A DNA stretch of 61,438 nucleotides, from contig JBBQTZ010000001.1 of NCBI GenBank assembly GCA_038234405.1, positions 1 to 61,438 of the forward strand, in the 5' to 3' direction. The stretch comes from Chitinophagales bacterium (lineage in GTDB: Bacteria; Bacteroidota; Bacteroidia; Chitinophagales; Chitinophagaceae). Positions 41,801-50,700 of this stretch are shown one piece after another. A program made the position numbers and the translations under genes. Within the stretch, counting starts at the first letter, position 1; each line of letters starts with the position of its first letter. The notes under the pieces were generated by a model, which was not told the origin of the DNA, ran no database searches, and saw nothing but the letters and a program-made list of their open reading frames with translations.

Positions 41801-43017
41801 TTGGTGATGGCTCCGCAACATCTTCCGAACAAGCGCCTGTACATAAGTTTAGCCTTACTGCCAATCCGCAAACCTTCCGGGTAATTTTAACAGCTATCGA
41901 CGGCCCTTGTACCAGTAAAAGTGAACGTGAAATAACGTTGTCTAAACCCAAACAGGTATTTAGCATCAGGCCTTTTATTTTTTGCTCTACAGATGAAAAG
42001 CCACAGTTTTTTAAAGCCGATCCTCCTGTAAAAGATATAAAAGATGTTACCAATAAAGATGGTTTACAAATGGAGCAGGATGCAAATGGAAACCTGTTTT
42101 TTGTTGCTGCAAAACAACCTTTAAATCAAAATAAAGAGTATCAGTTAAGCTATAATGATACATCCATTGCATTTAAAATTGTAGCAATAAAAGATGTTGA
42201 AATTAAAGTAGAAACAATTGCTGCAGATCCATTATCAAGAAAGTTTTTTGCTACAAATATTGCCAATAGAAGAGTAGCCTGGAATTTTGGAGACGATACT
42301 CCCGAATCTACTGAAGAAGCGCCAGTTCATACTTTTAAAATTTCTGATAATACACAGCGTTTTCTTATTGTTTTAACAGTAGTAGATGGGCCTTGTAAAA
42401 TTACAATAGAGCAAGCTGTTACCATAGCAGCGGCAAAGCAAACTGTGTTTGATATCAAGCCAAAAGTATTTTGTGCACGGGATAAAGAACGTAAAATTTT
42501 TGAAATAGATCCTGTGCCTACCGATATGGCAGAAATAAAGAATCCGGATAAATTACAGATAGAAAGAGATGCCAATGGTAATGTTTTCTTTGTTCCGGCA
42601 GTGCAACAAATAGGGCAAGCAAAAGATTTTACTTTAAACTATCGTGGTATAACTATGGGTATTAAACTATTGCTACCCGAGGCTGGCTTTACTATGAATA
42701 TTACCCGTAGCGTTCAGATGGTAGCAGTAACACCATTTTTCTTACTGTTAAAAGCAAAACAAGCTGACGCAGAAAGCTTTATTTGGAGAGTAGTTTCCGC
42801 CTCTGGCGCAAGCTTCGATTTTAATACAAGTGAAGTTAATATTAACTTAAACCGACTGGATATTTCTCCCGGATCTCAGTTAAGTATTTTTTTAACAGTA
42901 AGCTACGCTAAACAAACAGGTGTTAAATGTACCGACACAAAAGATTATGTTTTAACCAATTCTATATTTAACAAACACTTAAATACCGGCGAATTTGATA
43001 ACCTCACTTCATCTTGA
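38842..43017 (+). CDS. Afp13-like tail fibre/fibre-attachment protein with C-terminal PKD repeats
   Basis: N-terminal FEADQVLT..HLN..GIGIVCG; FYRIEGHIG, HKAGVPRGGTF, ADFYLPYLCC; PKD motifs WNFGDG and WNFGDD. Confidence 0.75.
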   Translation: MSNTDAYIIFEADQVLTNDHLNKLFDYLDIQERLTRNKLIGIGIVCGMQISYLPNSINISKGCGVTSKGYLIPWQDAVLTQYISYTLPANPLYQSFVNEATGQQYELFRMLTNEEAKAIEGVKQQVTGAVKDKVVVLFLEANEKDLKNCDTQDCNEKGRQMELTVRPLLIAGKDLDEIKQKQQKLSGDDNLNDSYLTRLNLMEIPFKRFNVKATPLADAYDIYNAYTQVTDDDTLKNIAKAYIQSFAIFKPILNGYGNENPFKNLSEELLQKLDFIKKSMPVYIQYYYDFLDDLVKAYQEFKDRSFDVITECCPDEDLFPMHLMLGESTIDTSNYTRSPYRQYFISSPLFNNQTNLLNEVKTLFDRMVSLVKNFFVPQYFEKPGVPIRITPSKWSGAPLSERAIPYYYNINNVARFWSPDKAKKGRWNYNLSYNAEKFAKLPPENITTPLKYGIEANDFYRIEGHIGQNFSTVLEDILFKKNSSRLPFDVIALRAGVDAADTVIKYNCHFEDLEAQFKIFRAELACKMHEPLCIVAKIPSILRLILNSNNETFSFLDTFSGVHLLAMQDVVDQKNRILTNFIKVIRFTKKGEFLKTYCPVKEGTIGGDYIKATNKFFPRPAQIDLTTTAGARAALLYLIDITEALMQNMTAGSTIYNFNYTSFNKVYDDVVSFFTDFMQAVLIADGQQRKLSPFLFGMLEAVVTSCMDEKLKALVDEYTARVAKIQKQNLLSEYLKTNPGIDHKAGVPRGGTFIIVYHEAPPTRAGLATAVKAVANVTTIDTAATDASKKKLTDAAVITKDNLSQIMQLFDKSELQLTKVQATALKDLTLQRFATAAAIRAPFPIQDNTVIADFYLPYLCCSDCAPVTYVLPKPPQIFAINPTVFCSNDQQLYIFKTEPAIEDINAIENKNGLQLELDASGKLFFIPAKQTLQQTTSYLLTYNNIALELKVVAVFAIEFKTEAIATDPFSIRFTPVNTANKEVSWNFGDGSATSSEQAPVHKFSLTANPQTFRVILTAIDGPCTSKSEREITLSKPKQVFSIRPFIFCSTDEKPQFFKADPPVKDIKDVTNKDGLQMEQDANGNLFFVAAKQPLNQNKEYQLSYNDTSIAFKIVAIKDVEIKVETIAADPLSRKFFATNIANRRVAWNFGDDTPESTEEAPVHTFKISDNTQRFLIVLTVVDGPCKITIEQAVTIAAAKQTVFDIKPKVFCARDKERKIFEIDPVPTDMAEIKNPDKLQIERDANGNVFFVPAVQQIGQAKDFTLNYRGITMGIKLLLPEAGFTMNITRSVQMVAVTPFFLLLKAKQADAESFIWRVVSASGASFDFNTSEVNINLNRLDISPGSQLSIFLTVSYAKQTGVKCTDTKDYVLTNSIFNKHLNTGEFDNLTSS

Positions 43018-44555
43018 TGCTTGTTAACAATAACCATATTATTCAAAAGCAGGTGCTTGAGGTGGAGATGGAAAACCCGGCAGATGCCTTTCAGTTTAAA
43101 AACCTGTTAAGTGATGTATATCATGAAAAAATTTTACCACAACTAGCTGTTTTATTTGATGAAATTGCAACAGCCGGTAAGTTGATCAGAATTGAAAAAC
43201 TGCAAATAGATATTGGAAATATTTCATCAATAAACTGGGAAGCAACACTCACTCAAAAGATCATCAGCGAAGTTCGCCAGGTACTTATCAAGCAACATGT
43301 AGCAACAGAAAAACCAATTGTAACAGTTACAAACAAGGTAAACGAAAAATTTGTAAATACTAAAAGCCTGCAAACCCATTTCAAAAACAAAGATTATGAA
43401 GCACAGCCTTTACCAAATACTAGTAATGAATGGGAAGATATTTTTCTTTTTTTTCTACAAACCGGCAGGCTTCCATGGTTTGTTACAAACAATTTTCAAA
43501 TAAAAGATTTGTTACAAAGTCGGGTTTTTTACGAAGCTATTACTAACCTGCATCATTTTTTTAAAACTGCTGAGCCAAAAGTATTTGAAAGATTACTATA
43601 CCAGGTAAATGAAAATATCCTCGATGAAATGATTGAAAATCTTGTAGCCAATCATCCAACTATATTTTTAAAAAACTTTATAGAAGCAAAACCTATATTG
43701 AGAGGGCTGACAGCTTCGTTTTTGTTGAATAAAGCGATTAGTAAAACAATAGTATACCTGCCATTTTTTTTGGCATTTTATAATAATGAAAATGAAAATT
43801 TTACCAGTCTTTACAGCAATAAATTCACTAAAATGTTATTGGAGCATTATGCCGCCGAACCATCAAAGTATGCCAGTTTTTTACATAAGCCTCCTACTAA
43901 AAGCAATGCTATAATAAAGGATATTCAGTTACTTATAGCTGCTGCAAATACCCCAATACTTACCGATAAGGATTTGCTTTTAAAAAACCAATCAGCCAAA
44001 CAAATTGAAGAGCCAATCATTAAAAAGAAAACCGGGTTAGGCCAGGAAGAAATTTATATAGAAAATGCCGGCTTGGTTTTATTACATCCCTTTCTTCTCC
44101 CTTTATTTAATGAGCTGCAACTTACTGTAAACAACCTTTTTAAGGATGAATACAGTAGCATGAAGGCGGTTTTATTTACACAGTTTTTGGTAAATGGTCT
44201 GGTAGAGTTTGAAGAGCATCAGCTTGTTTTAAATAAAATTTTGTGTGGCTATCCTGTTGATGAACCATTATGTATGCAACTGGAAATTACCCAGGAAGAA
44301 AGGGTAGAAGCTGCTGCTTTGTTAAACCAAATAATACTGTTGTGGACACAAAACAATACCCGGATAAATGGAACTATAGAGGGTTTTCAATATTCTTTTT
44401 TGAATAGGCCCGGAAAGCTTACAAATAAGGGCGATGACTGGCAATTGCAGGTAGAACAGCGGCCGTATGATATGGTACTTTCTTCTTTACCCTGGGGTAT
44501 AGGTATTATAAAAACAGCCTGGATGAAGGATATGTTGTGGGTAGATTGGGCGTAA
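43017..44555 (+). CDS. CIS tape-measure protein (Afp14-like)
   Basis: HIIQK N-terminus, FLQTGRLPW, IENAGLVLLHPF, LNKILCG, FLNRPGKL, LPW, final W. Confidence 0.88.
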   Translation: MLVNNNHIIQKQVLEVEMENPADAFQFKNLLSDVYHEKILPQLAVLFDEIATAGKLIRIEKLQIDIGNISSINWEATLTQKIISEVRQVLIKQHVATEKPIVTVTNKVNEKFVNTKSLQTHFKNKDYEAQPLPNTSNEWEDIFLFFLQTGRLPWFVTNNFQIKDLLQSRVFYEAITNLHHFFKTAEPKVFERLLYQVNENILDEMIENLVANHPTIFLKNFIEAKPILRGLTASFLLNKAISKTIVYLPFFLAFYNNENENFTSLYSNKFTKMLLEHYAAEPSKYASFLHKPPTKSNAIIKDIQLLIAAANTPILTDKDLLLKNQSAKQIEEPIIKKKTGLGQEEIYIENAGLVLLHPFLLPLFNELQLTVNNLFKDEYSSMKAVLFTQFLVNGLVEFEEHQLVLNKILCGYPVDEPLCMQLEITQEERVEAAALLNQIILLWTQNNTRINGTIEGFQYSFLNRPGKLTNKGDDWQLQVEQRPYDMVLSSLPWGIGIIKTAWMKDMLWVDWA

Positions 44556-44794
44556 GAATAACCTCTTTGTTTAATTGATTAATCCAGATTTTACAGTGTT
44601 TAATTTTTTTATTTATCGTACGTATTGAATAGTCAAATTTTTGATTGGCTTAATAAAACAAGTATTATTTAGTAAAGATATTTGGTATTCTTTGCAGTGC
44701 GGTTTTATTACTCAAAATGGGTAATAATTTATTAATCTGCTGCATTTGCTGCAAGATAAAAGACAGGAATTTAGGTGGTTTTACTTTAAAAAAT

Positions 44795-47700
44795 ATGGAA
44801 TTAACCAAAAGTCATACTGTAGCACCTGCACATACATCAGCTCCAAAAGATGTAAATAATTTCTTTTCTTTTAACAGAAATACTAGTACTCCATTACCTT
44901 TTTTTCAACCAAAACTTTCAATAAATGTGCCGGGCGATGTATATGAACAGCAGGCAGATGCAGTGGCAGAAAAGGTAATGGCTTCATCAACAGTACAACC
45001 GCTTTCAATTACAGGTATTACTAACAGTAGCGTTCAAAAAGATGACAATGGGCCACGAGATGAACCACAGGATCCACTGACTGATGGCATAGCTACACTT
45101 GGGGAAAACCTAATGGAAAACAACCCCTTATTTCCACCTTTTTTGGATAGAATTAAATTAAAACTTTGGGATCAGCAGCCCGCCGAACTCCGGTACGGAA
45201 TAATTGGTTTTGGCATTGCAGATGCAGTAATGGCAGGTACTGCTTTCGCATTAGACCCTAATTTTAGAGGTAGCTCAATACGTGCCTTGGATGGTGTAAA
45301 TCTTATGACGCCTATCCGCCTCATTCCTCATGCCGATCTTTTTACGCCTTCTTCTTTTACTTACCGTTTGCCGGCGGCAGGTCACCCTGGCTATGAGTTT
45401 AATGGAGAATTTGACTTATCCCCGTACTTCAATTTATTACACGGGCATAACCCCTCTTTCCCACAAATTTCGCCTCGCTTTGGCTTAAATCTAGCTTATA
45501 ACCCGGCAACAGGAAGCATGCAGGTAGTGGGTGGTACTTTTAATCTCGATTTGTTTAATAAGGCAATTTTACTCAGTGGAGGTGTAAATCAGTTTTTCAA
45601 TGCAGATCCACAAACATTCATGCCGCAGAATCCAATGGACACCCCGGTAACCTCTATGCTTTCTTTGCCTTCTGAAAGAGTGAGAGATACCCGTTTTTCA
45701 ATAACAATTGATGTGCCCCGCTTAATTAATTTTATAAGTGGAGAACCCACAAGGGTGGATAGAAAACAAATTACTAATACCACAGAAAATGAAGTTCAGA
45801 GAAAGGAGGCAGATGAAAAAAATCCTATTGATTTGCAAGCAAAGTTCAATAATATTTTACCCGTAATAAACCGAAAAGAATCTACCAACACAGCAGGAGC
45901 AGTTGCATCACAATCAGTTGAACAAGTATTGGCTGCCCCGGGTATGGCTATGGAAGAAGAGCACAGAAATTTTATGGAAGAGCGGTTTCAATATGATTTT
46001 AGTAAGGTAAAGATTCATGATGATTCTACAGCGCACCAATCAGCTTCAGACATAAATGCTTACGCCTATACTAATCAACACCATATTGTATTTGGAGAGG
46101 GGCAATACAGGCCGGCAACAGATGCTGGTAAAAAATTGCTGGCGCATGAGTTAACGCATGTAGTTCAGCAGGGGGCTGCCGGTAATGAAATACAACGGTC
46201 TGTTATTATGGGGAGCCCCTTAGAGAATATGCCTGGAATTGAACCTTTTGAATCAAATTCCACTAATATGGCCGGTCTCCTGGAGGACAACCGCAGCATC
46301 ATTGCCACAAATAATTTTACCGGGATTCAACACCTCATGGTTTTTACACAGTCAGGTTTAAGTGTTTTTGGTCTTTCTAATACAAGAGTATTACATCATT
46401 ATGCACGAAGAGAAGGCTCTCCCATGTTACCTGCGGGTTTTTACAATATAGAAGGAAGTGGTCACAAACATTACATTGTACATATCGCTCCCGGAACCTA
46501 CACATCTCCTATAAATTTGCTCGCTCCCGAACCTGCAAGATTTAGTGCTGAAACTAGAGCATTACGTGAGGGAATTATAGGGGAACTACTAGATGATTAC
46601 TTAATGGTTCGAGAGAGTGAGTTGATACACGAAGGCTATTTTCCAGCCATGCTGGTAGTGACTATTTTACCAGCAACCGGAACAGGTACAAGCGAAGCAC
46701 CTCAAGTAGCACATTGGGCCAATACACAAAGCCGTGCATTGATACAAAGGTTGGGTATAGGAACAGCGCCTGTTACCGTGGCCGCTGCTGAAACTGGCTC
46801 AGGGAGTGCTCATACACCCGATAGCACTATTGCGCATAGCCCAGACAGGTTGATTGTTTGGGCAAGGACGGATGGTAATCAGTATCTGAATGTATGGGTG
46901 GGTGGTGCGGTTGTATCACTGTTGCTAAGGGAGAGCGAAACCATAGATCAATTACAGCAAAGAGTAAGTACAGTTGCAAATCAGTTGCATGATGCTCGTG
47001 ATCCATCTCAAAGCACTGAGGTTAATAACGGTGCTCAGCAAACTGGCTTTACGGATCCTGTTCCAGCATCACGACCACAAACCGAATTGCCGGGAAGTGG
47101 TATTGCTACAGACCCTGAACAACAAAGGCTTGCCATTACAAATGCCACTCATCATGCCAATTGGCCTCCTTACCCTGCCCGTATCAATAATTATGGAACA
47201 AATACTTCGGTTACCGGCGGAAACAATCGTATGTCGATGGAGATAGATTATTCTATTGCTGGCTCAGATATGCTGAGCCAGGTTGCCGCAAGAATGCAAC
47301 ACATTAGCTATTACTGGGAAATTTTTGATGTTACCAATGTGGTAATCGAATCAGAAAGAGACCAACAAACACATGGAGCCGCAGGTACAGGAGAGTATAT
47401 TGGAGCTGGTTCAGGAGAAGGAAATGCATTGTCCCGCAGCATGAGTAATATTTATGAAGACCAGGCTGCTGATCTACATTCAATGGACGAATCAAACGTG
47501 GTAACAAATGCAGCTTTATGGCAGGTTAGATCTGCTCAGCTAGCTTTAATGGCAGTCAGTTCAATTGTTCGTAGCATTGGCTCGCTGGTTTCTAGTTATG
47601 TTTCTATTATTACCGCACCGTTAAACGAACGTAATATTGGTTGGGATAACGAAGGGGAGTTTATTGTACGTTGTGTTGCTACGCCAGCTTATGATGATGA

Positions 47701-50700
47701 TAGCCCGAACATTAGAGCTTCCAGCGTAGGTGTGCAGCCTGTTAAAGTAATGAATATTAATACAAGGGCCGCCCAGGAAGTTGACAGGCCAGCCAATGAA
47801 CTGGCATTAATGCGCCAAAGATTGGCGATTGCAGCACCAGGGCATGATAGGGATGAACTAATGGAATCAATTGCAAGAGCAGAAAGAATTGCAGCACAAA
47901 CCACCCTGCAAAACGTAGCTGAACAGTTAAATGCAGTTCAGCAACAATTACGGGAAGCAGAAGAAATTATTACCATATCTCAGACAGGTGCCGCTCCTGC
48001 AACAATGAGTATTGGTGCCAGATTATTACGGGTGCAACTTGCTTTAAATGGTGTTAATCCACAAGAATTTAAAGAACATCTGCAAACACAGGTAGCACGG
48101 ATGATTAATATGCAAAATTTTGGTACAGAAAACAGCCGTGGTATGCGGCCTCCCATCTATCGCCCTGCAGTTGTATTAGCATCAGAAGAAAATGGACAGG
48201 TTTTTAATATGGTAACCATGCTTGCAGAAAAAAACAACTCAACAGTTGCACATAAAAGATATAGATTAGTTGACTTAACAAGCCCTAATACCCAGGATTA
48301 TTACGAAGGCGAAAGTACGCAGCAAGGGGTGGCCGGCCATTCAGAAGCTATAACCAATGCATTTATTCATTTTAGAGAAAATAATGGCTATGGAAGGGGA
48401 ACAATTGCTATCCGTCCCCCTGCCAATATACCTGCTGGTGTTACAATGCCTTCTGCATTGCGAAGTGCGCCCGGTGCAAGAGGAAGATGGATACAACGGC
48501 TGCAAGATCTTGCAACAGCCGCAGAAGTAGCTGGCCTGGTACTTTCCGGGCCGGCAGGTATGGTAGTGGGGCTAATTGGCGGTGTTGCCGGAGCTGCGGT
48601 GGCGGTAGATAGCCTCATGAGAAGACAGCATGGCGGACGTTTTAGCTGGAATTTTCAAACAGTAATGGAAATTACTGGTGTAGTTGGAGGCGTTATCCCA
48701 TTTATTGGCCTCTCCCGGCGTTTTGAAAGAACCGTATATTATATTGGCATTGCACAGCTAGGGCAATCAGCATTGGCCATTCCTATACAATTAGAAGAGC
48801 AATTACATGCCATAGAAATGGATATGAGTTTGCCCGAAGGGGAAAGAAGGGCACGCCGGGCAGAAGCCTTTTTACAAGGCGTACGTTCTGGCGTAGTATT
48901 GGTAGTATCTGCGCAACAAATGGCTGAACATGGTGTACCTGCGGAACCAGTAGAACCTACTGCAACAGATCAACCTCAAACACATGAACAGCCTGTTGTA
49001 ACAGCAGAATCGCCCACCCATCCATTGGAAGGAACAGTGCCGGAAATTGACCCGGCAGTTGTTAATCACCCAGACTTGCATAGGCCTGCCGATGGTACAG
49101 AAACTCCACCAACCGAACATGCCGGAGAACGCAGGCCGCAGGCAGATCCCGAGGAGGCAACACCACCAACAGATGAACCAGAGCGTGAGCGTGCAGGCGG
49201 CACCCGTGTACTACCCGGAAGTGAGCCAATCAGGCTTGGAGCAGCCGATCGTTTAAGAATCCGTATCAATGAAATATTAAGTACTGCAACCTTGAGTGAA
49301 CATGCAAGCCAGCGGGAACGGGAAAGAGTACGTACGCACCAAATAAGGAGATTGATTGAAGCTCACCCAGACCTTGCAATAATTGCTACTGCAACGTTGA
49401 TGGATATTGGAAGTTTTAACAGGATTAGAGAAATGGTAAGAGATTCATACTTTGGCGAAGTGCCGGAGGCAAACCAAATGGCGCAAAATATTTTACAAGA
49501 GGTAAGAACGCAAGTGGCAGATAATGCCATGAGAAATGCGGTTGAGTATGCCCATGGTTTATATCCTCAACTTACACCTCATTTGTTAGATATGGGTACA
49601 CCAGGTTTTGCCAGTGATAGAGATGTAACATTGCAATTTAGAGGCGGGGGAGAAGCGGCAGTACAGCAAAGAATTGATGCCAGCCTTCAGGCAGTTAGAA
49701 GGGCTTATGACAATTTGCGTAGTGAGGGTATTGAACCCGATGCAGTATTAGATACAAACTTTTATACAGAATTACACGAAGCTTCTATCCGTACCCAAAA
49801 TCCAACAGAAACTGCTCAAATTGGGTTTGACCAAAGTGTGGTTAGCTTATCAGAATTAAGAATGGGCATGAATGCGCAACAATGGGCTGCTTATAGAGAT
49901 GCACAAAGAGCAAGCCTTACTGGTACAGCAGCCCCAAACAGTTCCCAGGGACGTATGGAAAGTGAGGCTCGTGTAAGGTTAGAGGCTGAATTTACAGCGG
50001 CAGAAAATTTAGCTGCCAGAATAAGACCTGAGGGGCAAACTTCCGCTAGCAGAGAAACATTGTTACTTGCCAAAAGGGAGGCATTGGGTGAAGCACTTCG
50101 CAGAAATGCTCCTGCAAGAGAAATAAGACAATTGATGGCTGAAATAAAATTGCTGGAGCCCGAAGCTTATGGCACAAGAGCGGCGGTAGAATCCGTTCCA
50201 GGAAGGCAGCAGGCATGGGCACGTGGTACTGCAGAAACATATATGACCGGACGACAACTGCCTGCCGGAAGAGTAGAGAGAATGACTTTTCTTGCCCAGG
50301 ATGCTTCTGCCAATGCTGGTTTACTTTTTGGCCATTCTCAATCATCGGGTAACCAACCCTCTGCGGCCAGGTCATCTGCCAAATATTTACAAAGGGTAGC
50401 TCATGCTGTGGTGGTAGATGGGCGCTTGCCTGCGGGAAGTGCCAGAGAATTTATGGCTAACCTACAACAGATAATCGCATCTAAAAGTATTAATCCTGCC
50501 AGTGAGGCCAATGCTGCTACTTTACGTGAATTGAGGGCTAGTCTTACTGCTGTTGGTCATTCACCTGATTCAGTAGTAGCAATGACAGATGCAGCAGTTA
50601 CCGATGCATGGGTTGCACAAGCCAGAGAAATTGGACTTAATATGGTTGTACAGGTAAGAACGGCAGAACAAATGATGCATGTTCAGGAAGGAGGTCCCAA

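Noticed and set aside
24932-44555. Prophage
   Set aside because: No capsid, portal, terminase, integrase or replication genes; Afp14/15/16-type genes indicate an eCIS
44717-44794. Cys-rich N-terminus (ICCICC) of the DUF4157 ORF as a metal-binding motif
   Set aside because: ATG 44795 follows an A-rich Bacteroidota-type initiation context and gives a typical leader; the upstream codons are probably untranslated
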